Shown here in pieces: positions 43,612-52,295 of a stretch of 64,000 bases of DNA. Location: positions 306 through 64,305 of the forward strand of contig JAFGXX010000219.1 of NCBI GenBank assembly GCA_016936435.1, given 5' to 3'. Made by a program: the position numbers and the translations under genes. Source of the DNA: Bacteroidales bacterium. GTDB taxonomy: Bacteria > Bacteroidota > Bacteroidia > Bacteroidales > VadinHA17. Below the pieces are notes generated by a model. It did not search any database and was not told the origin of the DNA. It was given only the letters and a program-made list of their open reading frames with translations. Positions within the stretch are counted from its first letter, which is position 1. Every line of letters begins with the position of its first letter.

Positions 43612-44106
43612 ATGACGATGGGACGTATAAATTTATTATTGATCTCTTTTATAATACTTTTCATAACAGGCTGTGAAACAAATAAATGGGCCGAAAATGA
43701 ATCCAAGATGATATACGAATACATTGAATCGCTTGAAGACACCAGTTATGTTAAGTATGCGAGTGGATTGTATTACATTGAACTTATCCCGGGGACCGGA
43801 CCTTTTCCGGCAGATGAGGATACGGTATACTTCAAATATAAGGCAGCCTTCACTGACTATGTTCAGTTCGACTGGAACAGGCCCTATTCAACTCCTTTCA
43901 AATATATTATGGGATCATTTGTCGGAATGACTATGAAGGGTGTGGATGAGGGATTACATTACATGAAAGCAGGAGGTACTGCGAGATTGCTTACACCTTC
44001 GAGCCTGGCCTACGGTTTTGAAGGTCTCTGGGGAGTGGTACCGGGTTATACACCTGTTGTCTGGACCATCGAGCTCGACAGCATCAAACCCCACGCCGGA
44101 AGGTAA
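43612..44106 (+). CDS. FKBP-type peptidyl-prolyl isomerase lipoprotein
   Basis: Lipobox ILFITG|C. GTGPFPADEDTVYFKYKAAF and GGTARLLTPSSLAYG, ending WTIELDSI. Confidence 0.65.
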   Translation: MTMGRINLLLISFIILFITGCETNKWAENESKMIYEYIESLEDTSYVKYASGLYYIELIPGTGPFPADEDTVYFKYKAAFTDYVQFDWNRPYSTPFKYIMGSFVGMTMKGVDEGLHYMKAGGTARLLTPSSLAYGFEGLWGVVPGYTPVVWTIELDSIKPHAGR

Positions 44107-44132
44107 GGTTCTCATAATAAAATATTTCCTTT

Positions 44133-44720
44133 ATGAACAACGCCGCTATCAGGGAACACCTGTCCCGCTACAAGGCAGGTATTGCCGGGGCGGGCGGGCT
44201 GGGATCCAACTGCGCCATGGCACTTGCCCGTGCAGGTGTAGGGACTCTGGTTATCTCCGATCATGACCTGGTGGAAGCTTCAAACCTGAATCGCCAGTAC
44301 TATTTTCTGAACCAGGTGGGAACGCTGAAAGTATCAGCCATCAAAGAAAATATTGCCCGGGTATCGGAAAACACAGAGATAATAACACATGCAATTAAAC
44401 TTGACAGGAATAACATTCCTGAAATCTTTGCAGGCTGCGATGTGATAGTTGAAGCTCTCGATACGGATGAAATGAAACAGATGCTTATAGAGACCGTACA
44501 GACTGCTTTGCCGGGTATTCCTGTTGTAATTGGATCTGGTCTGTCAGGCTGGGGTAAAAGCAATGAAATCAGATACCGTAAAATCGACGATACACTTTAT
44601 GTATGCGGCGATGAATACTCAACTTCGGACGAAGATCTTACACCGATGGCGCCCAGGGTGCTTATGGTCGCCGGGATGCAGGCAAATACGGTGATTGAGA
44701 TCCTTATGAATAAACCCTGA
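44133..44720 (+). CDS. thiF: Short ThiF-family E1-like adenylyltransferase
   Basis: GAGGLGSNCAMALARAGVG nucleotide loop and SNLNRQ. 195 aa, the short thiF type found in Bacteroidota and Clostridia. Immediately upstream of a ThiS-like gene. Confidence 0.75.
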   Translation: MNNAAIREHLSRYKAGIAGAGGLGSNCAMALARAGVGTLVISDHDLVEASNLNRQYYFLNQVGTLKVSAIKENIARVSENTEIITHAIKLDRNNIPEIFAGCDVIVEALDTDEMKQMLIETVQTALPGIPVVIGSGLSGWGKSNEIRYRKIDDTLYVCGDEYSTSDEDLTPMAPRVLMVAGMQANTVIEILMNKP

Positions 44721-44734
44721 AACGACATCTCCCC

Positions 44735-44938
44735 ATGAAAATAATGCTCAACAAACGTGAAGAAGAATTCGATGCCGATATACTTAGCATTCAGGATATG
44801 CTAAACCTGAAAAACTACTCCTTCAGATTGAGAGTAATAAAGATAAACGGGGTACTTATTCCATCAGGAAAATACAGTTCAACCTATATAAACGAAGGCG
44901 ACGAGGTTCAAATGATATACCTCATGAGCGGAGGTTAA
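44735..44938 (+). CDS. thiS: ThiS/MoaD-family sulfur carrier (C-terminal GG)
   Basis: 67 aa, ending ...MIYLMSGG. Beta-grasp size. Adjacent to the thiF-like gene. Confidence 0.75.
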   Translation: MKIMLNKREEEFDADILSIQDMLNLKNYSFRLRVIKINGVLIPSGKYSSTYINEGDEVQMIYLMSGG

Positions 44939-44962
44939 AAAAATATGTAATTTTGTATCATA

Positions 44963-45301
44963 ATGCTAAAGGTCAGGTTCACAGATAAGATACCTCTTCC
45001 TCTCAGAAACAAATACGTTCTGACCGTCCTGATCTTTGCCGTATGGATCCTGTTGCTCGACTCCAACAATCTTGTAGCCAGGATCAGGGAAATGAGGGAG
45101 CTCCGGAATCTTAACAACGAAAAGGAGTATTACCTTAACAAGATTGAAGAGGACAGTAAAAAACTGAGGGAACTACGGACCGACGACCGTAATCTCGAGA
45201 AATTTGCCAGGGAACAGTACAAAATGAAAAGACCCGATGAAGATCTGTATATTGTTCTGACCCCGCATGAAGACAGGCAGATTTCAAGAAAAGTCAACTG
45301 A
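44963..45301 (+). CDS. FtsB/DivIC-like septum formation initiator
   Basis: A single TM helix (VLTVLIFAVWILLL) followed by a coiled coil (RIREMRELRNLNNEKEYYLNKIEEDSKKLRELR). 112 aa. Confidence 0.6.
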   Translation: MLKVRFTDKIPLPLRNKYVLTVLIFAVWILLLDSNNLVARIREMRELRNLNNEKEYYLNKIEEDSKKLRELRTDDRNLEKFAREQYKMKRPDEDLYIVLTPHEDRQISRKVN

Positions 45302-46571
45302 GACTATCAGATTTTTTCTCCAATGACCGGTATTCATGAAGGAGGCTCACTGCGTCAGTTTGAGTCGGTTTATTACCTGTCATCAGCAAAAGCTCAGCGG
45401 CAGCTTCCATAACAGGCACTTTAGCAAACATCGACCTGTGAACATGATTCAGGTATTTAACCATCCTGAACATGTTGAACCATCCGTAAAATCTCTTGAT
45501 GAATGCTTCTTTAGATGATGTGTTCTGGTTTATCTCGGCCATTTTGGCAACCCATTCGTCCGCAGGCAGAAAGGACCTCAATCCCGGAGGAAGGGAATCG
45601 TATATTTCTGAAAAATGTTTTTCTCCGCTTCCGTACAGGCTTCCTGCAAAACTGAAAAGGTCTTTGAGTCCGGTGAAGGAATGTGGATTAAAAGTCATAA
45701 GATCTTCATGATCCTCATTTATGAGCTTTGAAATGGTTGCTCCCGTTCCGAAAGGAACCCTGTCCGAAACTCTTGGTGAGGGATATACTGTCGTAGAAGC
45801 GAGGTTGAAATATCCGCCTGACGGGATAAGTTTCTGAACCATGTAAAAATCCTCTCCGGCCTGCCGACGGTTCATTCCTCCTGATTTCAGATAGGCTGAA
45901 GCCCGGAATGCTATTGCAGAACCTATGGTGTGAAATACGTAGGGGTGACCTGTAAATTCCATTGCCCGGTAAAAATACCTCATGTGCAGCTCATAATATA
46001 CAATATATCTGTATGTAACGGCTGAATACCCTGAGCCATTCAAAGGATGCTCAAAACTGACGGAACAGGCATTACGTTCCTGATGACCGGAAAAAGCGTC
46101 AAAGATAGCGGTGAAGTAATTTCCTCCGACAGTACAGTCGGCATCGAGACTGACTATTATCCCGTCGGGATTACCAGTGGCATTGAATCTTCTCAATGCT
46201 TCGTCCATTCCTGTCTTTCGTGCCAGTCCCACACCCCAGTCTTTAATTGAAGGCTGTCCCGTATCAATATAGAAAAGCCGGAAAAAACACGAAACATTAT
46301 CATGTTTCCATTTTTCAATGGCGGCAGCACATTTCATGTTATTCTGAACAGATCGTATACCGGCGCCCGGAGGGGCATTGATAACAATGATTATCTCGAC
46401 ACTGCAGGCGGGCCGGTCGCACTGAAGAAGGGAATCGAGTAAAACTGTTATGTCCGGTTCATCGAATGCCGGCACAACGACAATGATACCAGTGTCGCCA
46501 GCAGGTTCTTCCGTAATAAACTGAGGGAACAAAGTTCTTTTTGAAAGCCACTCAGTGGCAAAAGCCGCCAT
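45294..46571 (-). CDS. Family 2 glycosyltransferase
   Basis: IIVVVPAFDEPD, IIVINAPPG and SLDADC (DxD-like). 425 aa. Confidence 0.7.
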   Translation of the reverse strand: MAAFATEWLSKRTLFPQFITEEPAGDTGIIVVVPAFDEPDITVLLDSLLQCDRPACSVEIIIVINAPPGAGIRSVQNNMKCAAAIEKWKHDNVSCFFRLFYIDTGQPSIKDWGVGLARKTGMDEALRRFNATGNPDGIIVSLDADCTVGGNYFTAIFDAFSGHQERNACSVSFEHPLNGSGYSAVTYRYIVYYELHMRYFYRAMEFTGHPYVFHTIGSAIAFRASAYLKSGGMNRRQAGEDFYMVQKLIPSGGYFNLASTTVYPSPRVSDRVPFGTGATISKLINEDHEDLMTFNPHSFTGLKDLFSFAGSLYGSGEKHFSEIYDSLPPGLRSFLPADEWVAKMAEINQNTSSKEAFIKRFYGWFNMFRMVKYLNHVHRSMFAKVPVMEAAAELLLMTGNKPTQTDAVSLLHEYRSLEKKSDSLS

Positions 46572-46576
46572 GGGGC

Positions 46577-47176
46577 TTATTTTTTCTCTTCCTGGTATTT
46601 GATGTTCAGGGCATCTATGATACGCTGTGTAATATCAAGACTTCTGTCGCCATACAGTACCGGGCTTCCGAAGCTTTTACCCAGGATGTAATGATAATTA
46701 TAATCCGATTTATTTTCCTCGAGGAAAGTTGTGATATAATCGACAATCTGCCTGTTCATAACCTGCTCCTCTTCAAGTAGTTGAGCCTGAAGATTCTCAT
46801 GCAGTGAAAGAAGATCCTGCTGCTGCTGATACAGTGCCTGTTCCATTTCAGCTGCGGTAGCTCGGGTAACAAGTCCCTTGGAAACTTTTTCCTGGAAATC
46901 CCTTGCGTTCTTTTCATAGGAACCTCTCTTTGAATTTACTTCAGCTTCGGCATTTTTCTGTTTTTCCAGCAGTTCGTTCCTCCTGTCGAAGAACATGTCA
47001 AAATGAAAGATAACAGAATCGATATTAACGAATGCTATACCCTGCAGATCCGGAGAAGCAGTCACTGTTGTCACATCAGAAGATTTCTTCTCTTTTCCCG
47101 AAGTAAAGTGCAGGACATAAAGGAGTGCAACTGCAACAAATAACAGAGCAAATAGCGCTATATCAAGTTTCTTCAT
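46577..47176 (-). CDS. OmpH/Skp-like periplasmic chaperone
   Basis: Signal/anchor sequence, then a long coiled coil (LLEKQKNAEAEVNSKRGSYEKNARDFQEKV...QQQQDLL). 199 aa. Confidence 0.65.
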   Translation of the reverse strand: MKKLDIALFALLFVAVALLYVLHFTSGKEKKSSDVTTVTASPDLQGIAFVNIDSVIFHFDMFFDRRNELLEKQKNAEAEVNSKRGSYEKNARDFQEKVSKGLVTRATAAEMEQALYQQQQDLLSLHENLQAQLLEEEQVMNRQIVDYITTFLEENKSDYNYHYILGKSFGSPVLYGDRSLDITQRIIDALNIKYQEEKK

Positions 47177-47209
47177 TTCAGATGAAATATTTATTTAACA
47201 TTTAAGGCG

Positions 47210-47217
47210 CAAATATA
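47210..47217 (-). promoter_or_regulatory. Candidate -7 box (CAAATATA on the + strand, TATATTTG on the - strand)
   Basis: TAnnTTTG match on the minus strand, 34 nt upstream of the OmpH-like start at 47176. Confidence 0.35.
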
Positions 47218-47263
47218 AAGAATATTAACAAAAGGCAGCAACGATGAGGAATAATTATGGTTA

Positions 47264-48253
47264 TCAGAACTCCGGGCACGGGATTGCCCTGATCCTTCTT
47301 TTCTGTGTACCCAGCGAAATTGAGGTGAATTCGTAAACAATTGATATTTCATGGGCCCCTCCGGTAGAACCTATCAGATTCGATACGGTAAAATCATAGC
47401 TGTAACCGATATGCAGCTGGTCTGTTTTCACTCCGACAAGTCCGATAATTGCATCGCCGGCCTGACTTGTCAGGAAGGGGATACCCCGGTACCACAATCC
47501 GAAGATCAGTGGATCCCTGTAATAGTAAAGGCCTACGTCCGTCTGATGGAATTTTGCCTGGGTCTGGTAATTCAGGGCCACCGACAGTACTTCACGGAAT
47601 TTTGTCCGGAGCCTTGTCTTTTTATAAAGCTGAACACCTCCAAAGAAATTGAATTTCATAGGGACAGTAGCCTCATCACCATAAAAGGAAGTCTTGGGTA
47701 CCAGCAGGTGATCGAGAGTAAAACCTGCCCACATCATTTCGTTGTATACTACTGCTGACGTCGCAAAATCGACATCGGCCACACTCTCGAAAGGAGGAGG
47801 GTATATTGAAGGAACTGTACCGCTTCCGGTAAGCTGGCTGTTAAATATCAGCTTATAGATATCGAGCCCCAGGTAGTAGAACTTGAAATTTATCCCGGGC
47901 CGGATATGCCATTCCCTGTTGATCTGAAAATCGTATGAATAGAGCAGGCCTATATTTGTTGTACTCAGGTCACCCGAACCTGCGACGTCATAAGTTGCAA
48001 GGACCCCTATCCCGGAGTTGAAATTCGGCATCGCCTTGTCGAAAGCGATACTGTAGGTATGGAATACACCGGGAACGGCAGGCCACTGGTTTCTGTAGTT
48101 TATGCCAAGCCTGTATTCTTCTGTCGCCCCTGCAAATGAAGGGGCAAGATAGAGCTGATTTGCATAAAACTGGGAAAAGGTAGGGTCCTGGCTAAAACAA
48201 TCTGCAGAAATGGTAAGTGCCAGCAAAAGCAGATATATGTTCCTTTTCAGCAA
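47264..48253 (-). CDS. PorP/SprF-family T9SS outer-membrane protein
   Basis: After the signal peptide comes QDPTFSQFYANQLYLAPSFAG, the family hallmark, then a beta-barrel pattern. TTG at 48253 is the only canonical in-frame start (stop at 48299-48301; no ATG or GTG between). Confidence 0.8.
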   Translation of the reverse strand: MLKRNIYLLLLALTISADCFSQDPTFSQFYANQLYLAPSFAGATEEYRLGINYRNQWPAVPGVFHTYSIAFDKAMPNFNSGIGVLATYDVAGSGDLSTTNIGLLYSYDFQINREWHIRPGINFKFYYLGLDIYKLIFNSQLTGSGTVPSIYPPPFESVADVDFATSAVVYNEMMWAGFTLDHLLVPKTSFYGDEATVPMKFNFFGGVQLYKKTRLRTKFREVLSVALNYQTQAKFHQTDVGLYYYRDPLIFGLWYRGIPFLTSQAGDAIIGLVGVKTDQLHIGYSYDFTVSNLIGSTGGAHEISIVYEFTSISLGTQKRRIRAIPCPEF

Positions 48254-48447
48254 ATCTGATCCGGTTAGGTTTATGTTGACGAAATTAGTGAAATCAAATC
48301 ACAATTATGTCATATATAACGAACTTTTGAACTGAAAATGATAAACAGAAGATGAATTTTTCATGAAGATGTTCAAAAACAGGAAGCTCACATCAAAGAC
48401 ACATTTAGGTCAAACTATTTATTTACTGCATATTATATCTTATTCTG

Positions 48448-49761
48448 TCAATTTTTCAACAGTGTCACGTCACCCATCCGCGTAAAAGAATCGCTGTTAA
48501 TAAAATTTCCGCGCACCTTCCACACGTAGACGCCCGGGTCACACAACTGACCTTTGTAATAGCCGTCCCATCCATAGTTGATATCATTGCTTTCAAAGAT
48601 CATGACACCTCTCCTGGTGAATATCCTCAGCTGATAGTCGCTGACACCTGAAAATACCGGATGAAAGATGTGTGATACTTCATCGCTTTTAGGACTGTAA
48701 TAGCCTCCCGAAGGTCCGTTTGGATTTGGGATGAATGCGTTCGGGAACTCGATGAAACATGAGGAACCGGTAAAGGCATTCTCAACTACCATCGAATCTG
48801 TACATCCGTATTCCGATATGGCAATGAGCCTTACATTGTAATGACCATCCCGGCCGTATTTATGTCTGGGCTCAAACATTCCGGAGCCGCTTCCATCGCC
48901 GAAGTCCCAGCTGAACTTCTGAGCTCCTTCAGAATAATTGCGGAAAAGTATCTCATCATCGACGGTGACATTGTTCTCACAAATTACTTCAAACCGTGCT
49001 TCAGGCTTAGGATGAACTTTTATAACTACTGAAGATTGATGCTGTATCCCGGAGGAATAGACCAGAAGGCTTATATTATATTCTCCTTCCATGTCGAAAA
49101 GCCAGACCGGATAGCCAGATGCTGAATAACCTCCGTCGCCGAATTTCCACAGGCATGAATCGTATGCTGCTGCCAGGCATCTGAAACTTACCTTCAGGGG
49201 AGCACATCCCTCGGTGACAGAAGCATTCAGATATGAACCATTTCCTGAGAAGAGTTTTAATTTCCTGTCTCCCCTGTCAGCAGCTTCATCCATTGCTCCT
49301 GCTGCCGGGATGTTGACTTTTGCGGCTCCGTCAGACTCAGGAAAAGTTTGTTGGGTTATAGCACTGCCGGAATTATTTTCACCTGTCCCGGGGCTCCTCC
49401 CTTGAGCGGCATCCGATTTCCCCTGTTTTATGCTTTCATTTTCAGATTTACCCGTATTGATAATTTTATCCTCAGCACGAATGACCGGAACATCTGTTTT
49501 TATTTCAACAGCTTCGGGTTCGGAGTTAATAATTTCGGCCGGAGGGTCAGAAGTGAGAATAAGGGAGAGGACAGTACCGGCAACTACAACAGCTCCCGCA
49601 TACCAGATATTCAAACGGGAAGGGTTAAAACGCAGGAACTCCCTCATTGCAACCCGTCGCATAAGCCTGCTGCCTGTTGACGGAGAAGGAATAACCTCTG
49701 CGCTTTCAAGCTTCCGCCTGAAAAGATCATTCAGTATTCTGTCTTCACTGTTCTGTTCCAC
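48448..49761 (-). CDS. Membrane-anchored protein: anti-sigma-position N-terminus, one TM helix, two PKD domains, and a type-B T9SS (gliding-motility-associated) C-terminal domain
   Basis: N-terminal ILNDLFRRKLESAEVIPSPS, TM helix IWYAGAVVVAGTVLSLIL, PKD motifs WKFGDGG and FSWDFGDGSGS, and C-terminal EFPNAFIPNPNG...YGWDGYYKG...GVYVWKV. Confidence 0.7.
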   Translation of the reverse strand: MEQNSEDRILNDLFRRKLESAEVIPSPSTGSRLMRRVAMREFLRFNPSRLNIWYAGAVVVAGTVLSLILTSDPPAEIINSEPEAVEIKTDVPVIRAEDKIINTGKSENESIKQGKSDAAQGRSPGTGENNSGSAITQQTFPESDGAAKVNIPAAGAMDEAADRGDRKLKLFSGNGSYLNASVTEGCAPLKVSFRCLAAAYDSCLWKFGDGGYSASGYPVWLFDMEGEYNISLLVYSSGIQHQSSVVIKVHPKPEARFEVICENNVTVDDEILFRNYSEGAQKFSWDFGDGSGSGMFEPRHKYGRDGHYNVRLIAISEYGCTDSMVVENAFTGSSCFIEFPNAFIPNPNGPSGGYYSPKSDEVSHIFHPVFSGVSDYQLRIFTRRGVMIFESNDINYGWDGYYKGQLCDPGVYVWKVRGNFINSDSFTRMGDVTLLKN

Positions 49762-49841
49762 TTCACTGTTCCTTTTCTGCTTTTCTGTTCTTCTGCTTTA
49801 CAAACTCCCTGGTTTGTTATCCATTTTGGGTTATAACCTTT

Positions 49842-50414
49842 TTACTTCTGGTCTCTTCCGGCTGTGTATTGATTTTTCAACTTCCTGAGCTTTCCCAGTT
49901 TTTCCCTTAATACAGCCCTCGCCCTGCTGTATTGTGATTTTGAGGTATTTATGTCGATGCCCAGCATTGTGGCAATCTCTTTATGATGGTATCCTTCCAC
50001 TGCGTAAAGGTTGAACACCATTCTGTATCCTGCAGGAAGCTCGTTCAGCACCTTAAAAAGCTCGTCTGATGTGAAAAAATCATCCTCAAAGCTAGCCACT
50101 CCTGTCTCAACACTTACATACTCTTCAATTTCAAGATGATACCTGAACTTCAGATTTTTGTGATAATAAGTTATCGCGGTGTTAACTGCCACCTTCCTCA
50201 ACCAGCCTGTAAAAGAACCTGTACCTGTAAACTCATCTATGTTAAAAAAAATCTTTATAAAACTGTCCTGCAGGATATCTTCCGCTTCAGCCTTGTCGGA
50301 AGCATACCGGAGACAAACACCCAGCAAAAAACGGGAATATCTGTCGTACAGCATTTGTTGCGCCTTCCTTTCATGTCTGGCGCACCCCTCTATTATTTGC
50401 TGGTCGCTCATCAT
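49842..50414 (-). CDS. ECF-type RNA polymerase sigma-70 factor
   Basis: Region 2 (DKAEAEDILQDSFIKIF, WLRKVAVNTAI) and region 4 (YHHKEIATMLGIDINTSKSQYSRARAVLREKL). Confidence 0.9.
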   Translation of the reverse strand: MMSDQQIIEGCARHERKAQQMLYDRYSRFLLGVCLRYASDKAEAEDILQDSFIKIFFNIDEFTGTGSFTGWLRKVAVNTAITYYHKNLKFRYHLEIEEYVSVETGVASFEDDFFTSDELFKVLNELPAGYRMVFNLYAVEGYHHKEIATMLGIDINTSKSQYSRARAVLREKLGKLRKLKNQYTAGRDQK

Positions 50415-50597
50415 ATACTGAGGACAATTTTAAGACCTTTCGGGCAATGATTTGGTTGCACAGGGTGAAAAATTAATTCAAAATAAATAATTTCATTTTT
50501 ATTTGCCATTTTAAATGACAAAGGTCAGCAAAAAGGATTGAGTTATCATCTTAATTAGCAACTTTAAAACAAAATAAAATAACTGATATTTTTCCCT

Positions 50598-51509
50598 ATG
50601 TTCAACAGATTTATCGCAGCAATACTTCCATATTTCCCCCAGAAATTCGTGTGGATTTTTTCCAAATCATATATCTCAGGGGAGACCGCCGAAGACGCCA
50701 TGCGCGTCTGCAAAGACCTTAACAGCAAGAATATAAAGGTCACCATTGACGTGCTCGGTGAGTTTATCGAAAATCTCGGTGAAGCTGAAACCAACAAAAA
50801 AGAATACCTCGATCTTATCGACCTTTCACAGCAAAACGGTATCGACGGTAATTATTCGGTCAAGCCTACAAGCTTCGGCCTTCTTATCGATAAGGAGGTG
50901 TGTTATGATCATATCAGGGAAATAGTAGCGAAAGCTGCTTCCTTTAACAATTTCATAAGGATCGATATGGAGGACTCTCCCTGTACAACTCTTGAGATTG
51001 AGCTTTTCAGGAGGCTTAAAAAGGAGTTTCCCAAAAACGTAGGGCTTGTTGTCCAGGCATACCTCAAGAGGACTCTCGACGACATAAAAGGTATGGCCGA
51101 CCTGAACTCTGAGGATAATCCTTTGAATTTCCGTCTGTGCAAAGGTATTTACGTTGAACCGGAGGAAATATCCTATAAAAAGTATGAAGAAATAAATCAG
51201 CATTATCTGGAAGACCTTGAATATATACTGGCCAATAAAATATATGCAGGGATAGCCACACATGACAAACCATTAATAGAAGGAGCATATAAACTAATCA
51301 GGAAATATAATGTGCCAAAACACATGTATGAGTTCCAGATGCTTTACGGAGTTACGCCAAAGCTGCGCGACAGTATTGTAAATGAAGGCCATACCATGAG
51401 AATATATGTGCCTTTCGGGGAAAAATGGTTCGGTTACTGTACCCGCAGAATGAAGGAGAATCCCAGGATGGTCCAGGATATAATAAAGGCTATCTTCTGG
51501 AAAGGATGA
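50598..51509 (+). CDS. Proline dehydrogenase family protein (monofunctional)
   Basis: IRIDMEDSPCT, VVQAYLKRT, RLCKGIY, IATHD and FQMLYGV. 303 aa. Confidence 0.8.
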   Translation: MFNRFIAAILPYFPQKFVWIFSKSYISGETAEDAMRVCKDLNSKNIKVTIDVLGEFIENLGEAETNKKEYLDLIDLSQQNGIDGNYSVKPTSFGLLIDKEVCYDHIREIVAKAASFNNFIRIDMEDSPCTTLEIELFRRLKKEFPKNVGLVVQAYLKRTLDDIKGMADLNSEDNPLNFRLCKGIYVEPEEISYKKYEEINQHYLEDLEYILANKIYAGIATHDKPLIEGAYKLIRKYNVPKHMYEFQMLYGVTPKLRDSIVNEGHTMRIYVPFGEKWFGYCTRRMKENPRMVQDIIKAIFWKG

Positions 51510-51568
51510 TCTGAGTGCCCCTGAAAGGAATAAGGGAACGGAATTTTTTGAGATCTTTTATTACAGTC

Positions 51569-52294
51569 TTATTTCTCCTTCAGTAATTCGAGGTATCTTC
51601 TGTATATCATATCAGCTTCAGAATCACTGATCACCGGTGTTACCATTACCGGCTTTTCAGGCAGTCCGTTTATTAGCAAATAAGCCGCCGGTATAAGTAA
51701 TAAAGGGCTCAGCCCGGCAATTTTATCGGAAGGTATCTGCCCTTTTGAATAAGCATCGTTTTTCTGTTGTTGCCTGATGATCTCGTAATTCATCGCCGGA
51801 TCGCCCAGCTCTCCCTGAACTACCCTTCCCTGATATGCAGACACTGCCATGTTGAATTTCGCGTTGTCGAGTTTCTGGTCGGAGCTTATCTGTGGCCTGA
51901 AAAGATCGGACCGCAGCGACGCAATCCGGGGCATAATAACAACCTGCTGAATTTCCAGTGTGTCAGTATGCATAAATATACCTGCTATAAATTCTTTTCC
52001 ACTGAGAGAATCGTCTATCTGGATCACCGCAGGCTTATACCCCAGACTCCTGAAGATTACAGTATCGTGCCGGTTGACATAGAATGCAAACCTGCCTTTT
52101 TCATCACTGACACCTGAGAATATCCTGTTAATGAATATCTGGGAACCACCAAGAGAGACATTTGTTTCTGCATCCCGGATCAGGCCGTGAAAAAGCAACA
52201 TCTTTGAGCCTGTACCTGAAACCTGGCCGAAAAGAGAACAGGAAGAAAACAACAACAGTGGCAGAACCAGAAGATACTTCTTTATGGAGTCCAT
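51569..52294 (-). CDS. Secreted protein with a carboxypeptidase-regulatory-like domain
   Basis: Signal peptide, then FHGLIRDAETNVSLGGSQIFI...SDEKGRFAFYVNRHDTVIFRSLGYKP. Confidence 0.5.
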   Translation of the reverse strand: MDSIKKYLLVLPLLLFSSCSLFGQVSGTGSKMLLFHGLIRDAETNVSLGGSQIFINRIFSGVSDEKGRFAFYVNRHDTVIFRSLGYKPAVIQIDDSLSGKEFIAGIFMHTDTLEIQQVVIMPRIASLRSDLFRPQISSDQKLDNAKFNMAVSAYQGRVVQGELGDPAMNYEIIRQQQKNDAYSKGQIPSDKIAGLSPLLLIPAAYLLINGLPEKPVMVTPVISDSEADMIYRRYLELLKEK

Positions 52295-52295
52295 T

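Noticed and set aside
44107-44132. TPP riboswitch upstream of thiF/thiS
   Set aside because: Only 26 nt separate the FKBP stop from the thiF start, which is too short for a TPP aptamer.
48254-48447. Possible small gene or RNA in the 194-nt gap between the type-B CTD gene and porP/sprF
   Set aside because: Only a 40-codon ORF of implausible composition is present. There is no tRNA-like cloverleaf and no strong structure. It is most simply a promoter or spacer region.
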